A stretch of 64,000 nucleotides of DNA from Patescibacteria group bacterium (GCA_030837225.1 JAUPKX010000007.1:158657-222656); one strand, 5' to 3'; shown: positions 35,528-45,666, numbered from the stretch's first letter. Notes: generated by a model from the letters alone, not told the origin. Program-made: numbers and translations.

Positions 35528-37645
35528 ATGAAGCTACCGGTATCTGCATTTCTCGCAGGGTTTCTACTCGTAACACCACTGACTGCACAGGCAGCGGGTG
35601 CTGCTGATGTTCTTTCATGGGTTGGTAGGCAGGTGGGTGGGGCATTTGTCGACATCTTGTCTTTAATGGTTGTGCCGATAGCGTTTGTGTTCCTTTCGAT
35701 TTCAAATTTCGTACTTTGGGTCTCTGGACTCGTATTCAACTGGGCAGTTATCCGGACCGTATTCCAGTTTGGAACCTACTTTGGCACCTCTGATGAGATG
35801 TTAACCGCTTGGGGCGTCATGCGGGATGTCGCCAACATCGGCCTTTTGTTCGGTTTCATATTCATGGGAGTGCTTCTCATCCTGAACGTTGAGGGGGGAG
35901 GGCATGGACACGGGGGAGGCATCAGTGCCAAGAAGGCTATCCCGAGGCTTCTTATATTCGCCGTGCTTGTGAACTTCAGTTTGTTCACCACTCAGGCGGT
36001 TATTGATGTGTCTAACGGCCTTGCCTCGGTGTTTGCTGAGCAGGCAGGACAGAAGTGTGATCTTGTTGGTGATGCTGAGAAGTGCGCGAATCTAGGAATC
36101 GCGTCCGTTATATCTCAGCGTGCAGGCATAACGACTATTTTTGCAGGCGGCCCCAACCCACTTACTGATCCGCTAAAGACTGCTGTAGTGTATGTCGGTC
36201 TTTCAATATTCGTCATGATTACGGCGATGGTCCTTTTGGCTGGAGCCATCATGTTTATCTATCGTGCAGTGGTGCTCTCGTTCCTTATGGTTACGTCGCC
36301 CATAGGCTTTGCGGGTATGGCGATTCCTTCCCTTAAGAAAATCGCAGACGAGTGGTGGAGCAAACTAATCTCTCAGGCGTTCTTTGCTCCAGTGTATCTC
36401 CTTTTGATATTCATTAGCCTCAAGCTAACTGAGACGTTGGCTAAGGTCTCAGTGGAGGGTGGGGGTAAGGGCAGTCTTGCGAGTGCGCTCGCTGGAACCG
36501 GAGGAGAGCCGGGCACCGAGGCAGGGAATATACAGATTGTGCTCGTGTTTATGGTTGTTATTGGGTTCATGATGGCGTCCCTTGTGACAGCAAATAAGAT
36601 GGGGGCTGTGGGAGCGAAGTTTGCAACTAAGACTGCCGGCGCTCTTACGATTGGCACCGCTGGGTTCGTTGGTCGCAGGACGCTTGGAAGGGCTTCGACC
36701 AGAATTGCCAACAATATTAGGCGTTCGCCCCTTGGCGAAACCGAGGCTGGGCGCCGCCTGGCTGGGATTGCAGATTATGGTTCTAAGGCGAGTTATAGCT
36801 TGAGGAATGTGGGTAACAAGGCGTTGAGTGGTGCGGGAGCAGGAATAGATATTGGAACGGCAAATAAGACTGCCGGACATGGATACCACGGCATTGAAGA
36901 GAAGGCAGTGAAGGAACGCGTTGACTATGCCAAGAGTCTTAAGGGCCCAAGAGGAGAATCGGATCAAGAGATGGAGTACCGTCTTGCGCACCAGGAGGCG
37001 AGCCTTATTAACGCAAACAGTAATTACGACGCTGCGGAAACCTCACTGTCTACATCGCAAGCAGCGCGTAACTCACAGCAAATGGTTCGAGATAACGTCG
37101 CGTTCTCTGTTGCCGAACAAGAGAGAATTATCGCCAGCAATCCAGCTGATACAGATGCATACAGGGTGCTCGCTGAACTTAAGTTGCAGCTTGCAAAAGA
37201 AGAACAGGCGCTTACTCAATCAGACCGAGACCTTAAGAAGGCGAATGATACCTTGGCAAAAGCTACAACTGACCGCGCTAACGCAATGAAGGCTGCAGAA
37301 AACACTGATCGAGGCTACGTGGAAGAGAAGGATCGTCAAAGAGGCTATGCCCGTAACCTAGACTCACGTGCGCTTATAGTAGGAGAAGACGGAAAGCCTG
37401 TTCGAGGACCCGCAGGACGTCCTCGCGGAGCCTTTGATTTAATCTCAGGAGATCATGCTTTCACACTTGCACACCACGCAGAACACGAAGCCTCCGGAGA
37501 CATAGTTAAGTATGCAGGTAAGGATGCAACGGAGCGTGCACTGGACACCCTTAAAAAACAGATGAGTAAGGCTGATAAGCCAGCAGATGCACCTGCACCA
37601 AGCACAAGTGGACCATCTACGGGCGGTGGCGGTCCTAGTCATTAG
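35528..37645 (+). CDS. VirB6/TrbL-like polytopic membrane protein with C-terminal coiled-coil extension
   Basis: GGAGGA RBS before MKLPVSAFLAGF signal; six or more TM helices with Gly-rich loops; long charged coiled-coil tail. Confidence 0.55.
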   Translation: MKLPVSAFLAGFLLVTPLTAQAAGAADVLSWVGRQVGGAFVDILSLMVVPIAFVFLSISNFVLWVSGLVFNWAVIRTVFQFGTYFGTSDEMLTAWGVMRDVANIGLLFGFIFMGVLLILNVEGGGHGHGGGISAKKAIPRLLIFAVLVNFSLFTTQAVIDVSNGLASVFAEQAGQKCDLVGDAEKCANLGIASVISQRAGITTIFAGGPNPLTDPLKTAVVYVGLSIFVMITAMVLLAGAIMFIYRAVVLSFLMVTSPIGFAGMAIPSLKKIADEWWSKLISQAFFAPVYLLLIFISLKLTETLAKVSVEGGGKGSLASALAGTGGEPGTEAGNIQIVLVFMVVIGFMMASLVTANKMGAVGAKFATKTAGALTIGTAGFVGRRTLGRASTRIANNIRRSPLGETEAGRRLAGIADYGSKASYSLRNVGNKALSGAGAGIDIGTANKTAGHGYHGIEEKAVKERVDYAKSLKGPRGESDQEMEYRLAHQEASLINANSNYDAAETSLSTSQAARNSQQMVRDNVAFSVAEQERIIASNPADTDAYRVLAELKLQLAKEEQALTQSDRDLKKANDTLAKATTDRANAMKAAENTDRGYVEEKDRQRGYARNLDSRALIVGEDGKPVRGPAGRPRGAFDLISGDHAFTLAHHAEHEASGDIVKYAGKDATERALDTLKKQMSKADKPADAPAPSTSGPSTGGGGPSH

Positions 37646-37662
37646 TCTGTAAAATTATTGAA

Positions 37663-38478
37663 ATGGATGCTCCAGAAATTTCTGACGAGAATGTTACCGA
37701 CGCCATGGGCGTCCTCATAGGAGGACTTCCAAAGCCGGTGCAAGAATTCTTGTTGAGCGACGAGAGAAACGCGGTGGCAAGCGAACTATCGAACAAGTAC
37801 GGTCTCCATGCAGATCAAGCAGGGAAGTTCGAAGAGGCATACCTGCACATGCTTCTAGGTATAGCAACACCTGAAGATTTTGTATCTTCCCTCAAGAAGG
37901 CTGGGGTGCAGCAAGAGGTAATAAACGGTCTTGCGGCCGATGTTAATACGCGCGTGTTCATGCGTCTGCGCGATGCTGAACGCCTAGGAACTCCAATAAC
38001 GGATACGCCGCCACCAACACCGAGTAAGCCCGCTCCTCTTCCTCCTCCCGCTCTCGACTATCAGCCAGCAGCAGTTCCAACTCTCCCCGGGTCTCCGGTG
38101 CCAGCACCTATGCCCCCTGCTCCAGCAGTAGTAGCACCCGTTCTTGCAGCTGCTGAACCGACACCAGTGCCGCAACCCCTAGCTCCTCAGCAGCATTTCG
38201 TTCACACGATGCCTAGTTCCCAGCAGCAACAGGGCTGGCACCCTGCCGCGGCGGTTCATATCTTCGTTCCGACGCATGGAGCACCTATGCAGATGAGCGC
38301 GCCAGCACCGCAAGCACCCGTTCAAGAAACTCCTGTTTACAATGCTGCTTATTCTGAGCCAGCTCCAACCGTTCCTGTGCAGCCTGTATATGTAAACCCG
38401 GAGCAAACACCAGTAGCTCCTGCTGCTGTAATTCATAAAGAGTACAGTGCCGATCCGTATCGCGAGCCCGTGCAGTAG
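37663..38478 (+). CDS. Pro-rich hypothetical protein (T4SS-like operon)
   Basis: PPPTPSKPAPLPPPALDYQPAAVP low-complexity region. Confidence 0.45.
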   Translation: MDAPEISDENVTDAMGVLIGGLPKPVQEFLLSDERNAVASELSNKYGLHADQAGKFEEAYLHMLLGIATPEDFVSSLKKAGVQQEVINGLAADVNTRVFMRLRDAERLGTPITDTPPPTPSKPAPLPPPALDYQPAAVPTLPGSPVPAPMPPAPAVVAPVLAAAEPTPVPQPLAPQQHFVHTMPSSQQQQGWHPAAAVHIFVPTHGAPMQMSAPAPQAPVQETPVYNAAYSEPAPTVPVQPVYVNPEQTPVAPAAVIHKEYSADPYREPVQ

Positions 38479-38521
38479 AAAAAAGGGAAGTGGTTTCAGG
38501 TATCAGGTATACTGATACGTA

Positions 38522-38929
38522 ATGGAGTACCAGATACCACAGTTCATCGAGGTTGAGGACAAGATATTCGGACCGTTCACGCTGAAGCAGTTTATCTATG
38601 TCGCTGGTGGGGTGGGACTTTGCGCCATTGTGCTCCTATATTTGCCACTTTGGCTTGGTGTAATCATCGGTCTGCCGGTAGGACTGCTAACCTTGGCGCT
38701 CGCGTTCTATAAGATAAACAATAAGCCGTTCGTTGAGATCATGGAGGCGGCATTTAACTACTACATCGGGGACCGACTATACCTTTGGAAGAAAGAGAAG
38801 AACCAGGTAGACGCTCCTGTTATCGTGAAGCCTGCGGATCCTGCAAAGCTCGGCCTCACGCAGAGCAAGCTCAAGGACTTGGCCTGGTCGCTCGACATCA
38901 AGGACCGCGAGAACAACAATCCTGCATAG
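38522..38929 (+). CDS. PrgI/VirB3-like small membrane protein
   Basis: QIPQFIEVEDKIFGPFTLKQFIYVAGG followed by two TM helices, the PrgI-family signature. Confidence 0.6.
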   Translation: MEYQIPQFIEVEDKIFGPFTLKQFIYVAGGVGLCAIVLLYLPLWLGVIIGLPVGLLTLALAFYKINNKPFVEIMEAAFNYYIGDRLYLWKKEKNQVDAPVIVKPADPAKLGLTQSKLKDLAWSLDIKDRENNNPA

Positions 38930-38932
38930 ATC

Positions 38933-39562
38933 ATGGCATCTACCAAGACTACCCAATCATTCGTACCTGTTAAGGAAGTAAGGAACGGCGTCATCGTCCT
39001 CAAGGGCGACGGGTACCGAGGTGTACTCATGTGTTCGTCGATTAACTTCGCTCTGAAAGGGGAGGATGAGCAGCGCGCCATCATCGGCGGATTCCAGAGC
39101 CTTTTAAATACGCTCGATTTCTCCATACAGATCGTTGTCCATTCACGTAAGACCGATATACGCCCTTATCTCGCACTACTTGAGACTCGCATGCAAGAGC
39201 AGACGAGCGAGCTTATGCGGTTGCAGCTTCGCGAGTACGTCGCCTTCATTCGGAACTTCATTGATTCGAGCGACATCATGACAAAAATGTTCTACATCGT
39301 AGTGCCGTACACGCCAGGAGCCGGAGGCATCGTTGCCAGTGCCGCACCGTTCCTTGGAGGAAAGAAGTCCGCAAACGACGGAGCGACAGATTCGTTCGAA
39401 GAGAATCGTGTGCAGCTCGAGCAGCGCATGTCGCTCGTGGTATCGGGCCTTGCCAGTAGCGGGGTACGCGCAGTGCCGCTTGGCACTGAGGAAATAATCG
39501 AGTTGTTGTACCGTTCATTCAACCTGAGCGAGCTCGAGAACCCTATCCATCTATCCGCGTAA
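38933..39562 (+). CDS. VirB4-like ATPase, N-terminal portion (separated from the ATPase body by one in-frame TAA)
   Basis: Same reading frame as 39566-41380; stop TAA at 39560-39562 then TCT ATG. Confidence 0.45.
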   Translation: MASTKTTQSFVPVKEVRNGVIVLKGDGYRGVLMCSSINFALKGEDEQRAIIGGFQSLLNTLDFSIQIVVHSRKTDIRPYLALLETRMQEQTSELMRLQLREYVAFIRNFIDSSDIMTKMFYIVVPYTPGAGGIVASAAPFLGGKKSANDGATDSFEENRVQLEQRMSLVVSGLASSGVRAVPLGTEEIIELLYRSFNLSELENPIHLSA

Positions 39563-39565
39563 TCT

Positions 39566-41380
39566 ATGGCACTACTCGACTTCCTCGGAAAGAATAAGAA
39601 GGATGAGGCTCCCGCAATGGCACCGGTACTTCCGAAGGACATCTACGCGGAAGGGGAACTTCAGCTCGCTGACGCTATCGCGCCTGCGGCGCTTAGGGTG
39701 GGTCCGCGCGAGCTCGAACTCGGTGAGAAGGTGTCTCGAACGTTCTATACCATCTCTTATCCACGCTTCCTTGTTGATAGCTGGTTCACGCCAATCATCA
39801 ATCTCGACAAGGTGTTCGATGTTGCTATATTCGTCCATCCTATTGAGACCGGTTCCGCACTTCGAGGATTCCAGAAGAAAGTGGCGGAAATCGAGAGCCA
39901 GATATCAGACAGGGAAGAGAAGGGTTTGGTGCGCGACCCGATGCTCGATACGGCGTACCGAGATCTCGAACAGCTCCGCGATCAGCTTCAGCAGGCTGAG
40001 GAGCACATCTTCGAGGTAGGGCTCTATATAACCCTCTATGGTGATTCGAAGGAGGATCTCGACAAGATTGAGGGTGATGTTCGTGGCATCTTGGACGCGA
40101 AACTCGTCTACACGAAGCCAGCACTCTTCCAGCAAGAGCAGGGGTTCCGTTCGACACTCCCTTTGGCAAACGACGAGCTTATGGTAACGAGCAAGTTGAA
40201 TTCGTCGCCTCTTTCCTCGATATTCCCATTCGTGTCCTTTGACCTTACGAGTGACCGCGGCATCCTGTACGGCATCAACCGCCACAACGCCTCCTTGATC
40301 CTCTTCGATCGCTTCTCGCTTGAGAACTACAACTCGGTAGTGTTCGCGAAGTCCGGTTCCGGTAAGTCCTATGCGGTGAAGCTCGAGATACTGCGAACGC
40401 TTATGTTCGGTGCAGACGTTATCGTTATCGACCCTGAACGCGAGTACGAGAATCTCGCTTCAGCGACCGGAGGCCGCACCTTTAATATCTCGCTCTCTTC
40501 GGAGCACCACATCAATCCGTTCGATCTTCCACCGGTTAAAGAAGACGAGGAGCCGTCCGACATTCTCAGGTCTAACATTATCAACCTGGTTGGTCTCTTC
40601 CGCATCATGCTCGGAGGACTTACACCCGAGGAAGACGCTATCGTCGATCGCGCTATCACTGAGACCTACGCCCTTAAAGACATTACTGGGGACGCTGACT
40701 TCACGGGCGTAGAGCCGCCGCTTCTTTCAGACTTCGAGAATGTGCTTTCGGGCATGGAGGGCTCAGAGTCGCTCGTTATACGCCTCTCGAAGTATACGCA
40801 CGGTACCTGGGCCGGGTTCATCAACCAGCCGACCAACATCGATATCAACAAGCAGTTCATCGTCTTCTCGGTGCGCGACATGGAGGATGAGCTGAAGCCG
40901 GTGGCGATGTATATCATTACGCACTTCATTTGGAACGCGGTCCGTCACGAGCTCCGCAAGCGTCTTCTCGTGATCGACGAGGCATGGTGGATGATGAAGT
41001 CGGAGGATACGGCATCGTTCCTCTATAGCGTCGCGAAACGCGGCCGCAAGTATTATCTCGGTGTTGCAACGATAACGCAGGACGTTGAGGACTTCTTGAA
41101 GAGCCCGTACGGTCGCCCAATTCTCACCAACTCCTCAATGCAGCTCCTGTTGAAGCAGTCGCCAACGACGATTAACGTACTCAAGGAAACATTCAACCTA
41201 ACCGATGAGGAGAAGTTCCTGCTGCTTGAGTCGGGAGTGGGGGAGGGGCTCTTCTTTGCAGGACTCAAGCATGTCGCCATTAAGGTCGTCGCATCGTATA
41301 CCGAGGACCAGATCATAACTTCAGATCCGTCACAGCTTCTGCAGATAAAGCAGGAGAAGATGCGCAATGAGGCCGCATAA
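39566..41380 (+). CDS. VirB4/TraE/CagE-family conjugative/type IV secretion ATPase
   Basis: Walker A FAKSGSGKSYAV, Walker B LLVIDEAWWMM, DUF87/AAA_10-like architecture. Confidence 0.85.
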   Translation: MALLDFLGKNKKDEAPAMAPVLPKDIYAEGELQLADAIAPAALRVGPRELELGEKVSRTFYTISYPRFLVDSWFTPIINLDKVFDVAIFVHPIETGSALRGFQKKVAEIESQISDREEKGLVRDPMLDTAYRDLEQLRDQLQQAEEHIFEVGLYITLYGDSKEDLDKIEGDVRGILDAKLVYTKPALFQQEQGFRSTLPLANDELMVTSKLNSSPLSSIFPFVSFDLTSDRGILYGINRHNASLILFDRFSLENYNSVVFAKSGSGKSYAVKLEILRTLMFGADVIVIDPEREYENLASATGGRTFNISLSSEHHINPFDLPPVKEDEEPSDILRSNIINLVGLFRIMLGGLTPEEDAIVDRAITETYALKDITGDADFTGVEPPLLSDFENVLSGMEGSESLVIRLSKYTHGTWAGFINQPTNIDINKQFIVFSVRDMEDELKPVAMYIITHFIWNAVRHELRKRLLVIDEAWWMMKSEDTASFLYSVAKRGRKYYLGVATITQDVEDFLKSPYGRPILTNSSMQLLLKQSPTTINVLKETFNLTDEEKFLLLESGVGEGLFFAGLKHVAIKVVASYTEDQIITSDPSQLLQIKQEKMRNEAA

Positions 41381-41391
41381 CGCACTCTGCC

Positions 41392-42165
41392 GTGGCCAAC
41401 GAACGGATTCAAGTGAGGCAAGGGCAAGGCACCGATGATTCTTTAAATAAGGTCGCGGAGCTGTTTGCTTCGCGGGGTGAGAAGTTTGATGAAGAGGATG
41501 CGCAGATGCTCCAAGAGAAGCTGCCGACCGATCCTGGGTTTCCGTTCATGATTACGGCGTTGGTGGTTATTAAAGACCTTCTCGATTTAGTTCTCGATGC
41601 AACCGTTATTCTCGCTATTGTTGCCTGGGTCCTGTCGGCCATAATCGGCATTATCCTGGTGTTCTGGACGTTCGGAAAGATTAGCGGAGGCTGGTGGAAG
41701 AAGGGCGCCATACAGTGGCTTTGGAAGCGATTCTTCTTGATGATTAGTGTCGAGCTAATTCCGTTCCTTAACATAATGCCTACGAACGTCATTTACGTAC
41801 TCATGGTGCATTACCGAGAGAAGAAGATTGTGAAGCTTTTTAACGAAGCGCTCGAGATATTCCATGGCGGGGGTGGGGGCAAGCCAGGGGTATCGGGACG
41901 ACAGGCATTTCTGCGAGGACTCGCAAACAGGGCGGAGGAAGACGAAGAAGAAAATACCGTATCTAAAGCGGGCAGGACCATTACCCGACTTACACAATCA
42001 CCCGCAGGGAAGATGGTTAGAACCGCAACTAAGTTTGATCCGACTAAAAGAACTGCGGTAGGCACAGCACGATTCTCGAGTATGAACGCCACCAGGCAGA
42101 AGCAACTCAGTCGAAAAACGTCCCAAGGGCCGCAAGGGTCCGAAGCACTACGCGAAGCAGCGTAA
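41392..42165 (+). CDS. membrane protein, hypothetical (T4SS-like operon)
   Basis: Three TM helices then Gly-rich and basic disordered tail. Confidence 0.45.
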   Translation: MANERIQVRQGQGTDDSLNKVAELFASRGEKFDEEDAQMLQEKLPTDPGFPFMITALVVIKDLLDLVLDATVILAIVAWVLSAIIGIILVFWTFGKISGGWWKKGAIQWLWKRFFLMISVELIPFLNIMPTNVIYVLMVHYREKKIVKLFNEALEIFHGGGGGKPGVSGRQAFLRGLANRAEEDEEENTVSKAGRTITRLTQSPAGKMVRTATKFDPTKRTAVGTARFSSMNATRQKQLSRKTSQGPQGSEALREAA

Positions 42166-42219
42166 CCTTACCCACGCCGCAAGCAGGGGACTGTCTCTAC
42201 TTCGGTATATACTGAGCAC

Positions 42220-43197
42220 ATGATCCGCGCCGTGCTTCTTTTTCTCCTCATTTCAAGCGCTGCCTCCGCGAGCGCTCAAACGCTTCCGGGTACTGATCCG
42301 CTCACCCTTTCCGTGTCTCCGTTGTACCCCCGCCCGTACCAAACGGTCTCCATCGCTCCTCGAAGCACGCTTCTTGATCTCTCGGCAAGCACCGTGAGGG
42401 TGACGGTGGATGGGGATGTTGTGTATGAGGGAAGCGGAACACAAGCAACCACCGTACGTTCTGGAGCCTTTGGTGAGCGCACTACCATTGTTGTTACGGT
42501 CACCGATCCTTTTGGAAAGACTTACACAAGGACCCAGATACTGCGGCCAGCGGAAGTCTCTCTGGTGCTTGAGCCGGTATCAACTACCCATCCTTTCTAT
42601 CAAGGAGGGAGTCTTGTGTCTTCAGAAGGGAAGGTTCGGTTGGTTGCGCTCGCAGATTTCCGATCGGGACCAGGAACCCGGCTTCCTCCGTCGTCCTTGG
42701 TATATACCTGGCGTCTTGGAAACCGGATCCTAGCCGACTCGTCTGGAATCGGACGCTCAACCCTGACCGCGACTGCACCCGTGCGCCACCGAAATGCTGA
42801 TGTTAGCGTTACGGTGACGAGTCCGGATAGTTCTCTGGTGGGCGAGGCCCGGACCCTTATATCTGCCATCGACCCCGTGGCGCGTATTTATCGCAATGAC
42901 CCGCTCCTTGGTCCGAACTTCGACGTGGCGCTTTCGGGTAATTTCTCTATGCCTGATACAGAGGCAACCTTCAGGGCGGTTGGCTACTTCTTCGCTGTGC
43001 CACCCACGTTCGCGTGGACGGTAAACAAAGCAACGAACGGAACCGACAAAGACATCACCGTTCGTGCAACTGGAAATGGTCAGGGTACCGCACGCTTAGG
43101 GGTAACGGTACTTGAGTCTGGGACACGCACTTCGGCAGAAAACAATGTGGCGGTGACGTTCGGCTCTTCCACAGGCTTTGGGTTCTTCGGTCTATAA
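42220..43197 (+). CDS. secreted beta-rich protein, hypothetical
   Basis: Signal peptide MIRAVLLFLLISSAASASAQT; Thr/Val/Ser-rich repeats. Confidence 0.5.
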   Translation: MIRAVLLFLLISSAASASAQTLPGTDPLTLSVSPLYPRPYQTVSIAPRSTLLDLSASTVRVTVDGDVVYEGSGTQATTVRSGAFGERTTIVVTVTDPFGKTYTRTQILRPAEVSLVLEPVSTTHPFYQGGSLVSSEGKVRLVALADFRSGPGTRLPPSSLVYTWRLGNRILADSSGIGRSTLTATAPVRHRNADVSVTVTSPDSSLVGEARTLISAIDPVARIYRNDPLLGPNFDVALSGNFSMPDTEATFRAVGYFFAVPPTFAWTVNKATNGTDKDITVRATGNGQGTARLGVTVLESGTRTSAENNVAVTFGSSTGFGFFGL

Positions 43198-43203
43198 CCA
43201 CTT

Positions 43204-44445
43204 ATGAAATACCTTCCTTTTCTTTCTCTTCTTCTCCTCGGTCTTCCGTTGGTTGTGTTCGGTCAGCAGGACCCGGGCTTCGTTCCCCTAACAACCGGTG
43301 TTCCGTTTCTCGAGAACGTTGGAAACGCCGATTCATTGTCCGCCTTCCTGAACGATATCTATAAGGTTTGTATTGGTGTGGCCGCAACACTTGCGGTGCT
43401 GCAGATTATGCGCGCGGGCATTATGTATATGGGAGGGGACAGCGTAACCGAGAAGAAGGAGGCGAAGAATCTTATCGCAATGTCTATCGGAGGACTTATT
43501 CTCGTGCTTTCACCGGTTGTGGTGTTCTCAATCATTAACCCTGAAATACTTAATCTTGAGATTAAAGGGTTGAAAGACCTTGCAAGCGATGTTGAGGGTT
43601 GGGGACTGTCTGAAGAAGCTCGAGAAAACACGCTCGATGTAAATACCACTGACACTCGACCTGTAGCCAAAGCTGCTTGTATCGCTCGCGGTGGTACTCC
43701 GGTCTTCACCTGCACCCCGAGAGCTGGTGGAAGTGGGCGCACTGTTCCCGAAAGTGAACTTTGTAATGCGGCAACTGAACTCAGTGCGACAGTTTGTACT
43801 AGGAATGAAACTACTGCAACAAGCGAGAGCTGTACTGGATACACTGGTATCAAGGACGCAGATGGTGGCCTTTGTACTACTGAGGGGTACACCCGCATTG
43901 GTGATTCATGCTGCGCCAGTGGCGTGTGTTGTGGTTCGAGGAGCGGGGCTGTTGATGACCCTGCACGAACCAGCTTCTTCTCTATTTTTAGAGGAATTGA
44001 GGAGGAAGCAAACCGCTATGTCGCTGCATGTGATGCGTTAAGGCCATCTGCTGGCACTCAAGACATCGTAATGAGGAGGCACGGAACTAAAGTACAGGTA
44101 CCAAGAGCGATTGATACGGAGACGAGACAGAATCTCTTCTACGGCATCTGTGAATCCTACAGTTTGCCTTTCATTAAGTATGCGGTGGTAACTCGAGGTG
44201 TCAGTGAAGCAAAAGGTTTCGCTCCAGGTGAGGAAGATAAATATAATCGGTACTTTCAGGGCTGTCGTAATAATCCAGGCGGAACCTTTCAGGATGAATG
44301 GTCAGGCACCAGAAGAGAGGGTGGGCCGATTACCTGTCCCGCAGACATAAAGACCAGGATAGAGGCTTCTTTGGGGCCGCCGCCTACTGAGGGCACTCGA
44401 ACCATTAGCTGCACCCAGGTAACGTTCCGTTGTATCAAACCTTAG
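43204..44445 (+). CDS. secreted protein with pilin-like double hydrophobic segment (VirB2/TrbC-like topology) fused to Cys-rich domain
   Basis: Signal peptide, then VCIGVAATLAVLQIMRAG...IAMSIGGLILVLSPVVVFSII; C-terminal domain with over 20 Cys. Confidence 0.45.
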   Translation: MKYLPFLSLLLLGLPLVVFGQQDPGFVPLTTGVPFLENVGNADSLSAFLNDIYKVCIGVAATLAVLQIMRAGIMYMGGDSVTEKKEAKNLIAMSIGGLILVLSPVVVFSIINPEILNLEIKGLKDLASDVEGWGLSEEARENTLDVNTTDTRPVAKAACIARGGTPVFTCTPRAGGSGRTVPESELCNAATELSATVCTRNETTATSESCTGYTGIKDADGGLCTTEGYTRIGDSCCASGVCCGSRSGAVDDPARTSFFSIFRGIEEEANRYVAACDALRPSAGTQDIVMRRHGTKVQVPRAIDTETRQNLFYGICESYSLPFIKYAVVTRGVSEAKGFAPGEEDKYNRYFQGCRNNPGGTFQDEWSGTRREGGPITCPADIKTRIEASLGPPPTEGTRTISCTQVTFRCIKP

Positions 44446-44448
44446 ACC

Positions 44449-45666
44449 ATGCGCCGCACTCTCATCATCGTCGCCAGTATTGTGGTCGTCCTCGGCCTCC
44501 TTGTGGGCGCGTACTTCCTCTTCTTCAACAACCCAACCCTTTCGGTCGGCGTTCCTAGTAATCCCTTCGGTTCAAGCGGAGACCGCGTAGAAACCGAACT
44601 ACTTGGTCCTGACGGACAGCCTATCCAGGGAGCAGGGACGGTAGTGGCGCCGAGACTCATCCGCATTAGTGACGCACCGGTCGCAAAGGGGGCTGTAGCG
44701 CTCTATATTCCCCCTGTGCCATCGGTAGCTTCCTCAACGGAGCCCGGCATCCCCGCTGACACCGAGGTGCGCTTCATCGAACGCCAGAGCGGCAACGTCT
44801 ACGCGTTCAGAGTGCATGATCGGGTATTAACCCGCATTTCAAATCGAACACTTCCGGGCATTCAAGAGGCAGTGTGGACCACGGACGGCGCACGCGCGTT
44901 CGTTCGGTACCTTACTCGTGCCGCCGACGGTACAGAACATGTTGATACTTATATGCTTCCTGCAGACGGCGGGGAGGGGTACTTCCTTGAGCAGGATCTC
45001 GAGCAGGTGGCGATACGTGCGACCAGCACGGTGTTCTCGCTCCTTCCGAGCATGTCTGGATCCATAGGAACATTGTCGGCACCTGATGGCACGAACGTGC
45101 GTACGCTTTTCACCTCGGTGCTCTCGCGACTGCGTGCAGGATTCTCTGGCGCAGACATCATTGCCACCACTAAGGCCTCGAGCGGGCTTGATGGGTATTC
45201 GTTCCTTGTAAGCGGCTCTGACGGGTCATTCACGCGCATTCTAGGGCCACTCCGCGGTCTTGCAACCCTTCCGAACCGGGAGGGGAGTGCGGTTCTCTAC
45301 ACATACGTAGACGCGAACCGCACCTATCTTCAGGTGCTCGATCTCGCATCAAGGAACGCAACGTCGCTTCCGCTCGTTACCCTCGCAGAGAAGTGTGTGT
45401 GGGAGCCGGGGGGAAGGGCTGTGTACTGCGGGGTACCGACGGCACTTGCAGGTAATGTGCCCGACGAATGGTATCAAGGAGTAAAAACATTCTCAGATCG
45501 CATCTGGCGCATTGATCTCGATACCCGACTCGCGACACTTGTTGTTGATCCAGGACAAGTAGCAAGTGTTGCGATTGACGCGGTTGCGCTCGCGATTGAT
45601 TCGGAAAGTGACACGCTCGTCTTTACGAATAAGAAAGACGGTACGCTCTGGGTATACGACCTCTAA
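44449..45666 (+). CDS. membrane-anchored beta-propeller-like (TolB-like) protein, hypothetical
   Basis: N-terminal TM IIVASIVVVLGLLVGAYFLFF; repeated beta-strand-rich segments. Confidence 0.45.
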   Translation: MRRTLIIVASIVVVLGLLVGAYFLFFNNPTLSVGVPSNPFGSSGDRVETELLGPDGQPIQGAGTVVAPRLIRISDAPVAKGAVALYIPPVPSVASSTEPGIPADTEVRFIERQSGNVYAFRVHDRVLTRISNRTLPGIQEAVWTTDGARAFVRYLTRAADGTEHVDTYMLPADGGEGYFLEQDLEQVAIRATSTVFSLLPSMSGSIGTLSAPDGTNVRTLFTSVLSRLRAGFSGADIIATTKASSGLDGYSFLVSGSDGSFTRILGPLRGLATLPNREGSAVLYTYVDANRTYLQVLDLASRNATSLPLVTLAEKCVWEPGGRAVYCGVPTALAGNVPDEWYQGVKTFSDRIWRIDLDTRLATLVVDPGQVASVAIDAVALAIDSESDTLVFTNKKDGTLWVYDL

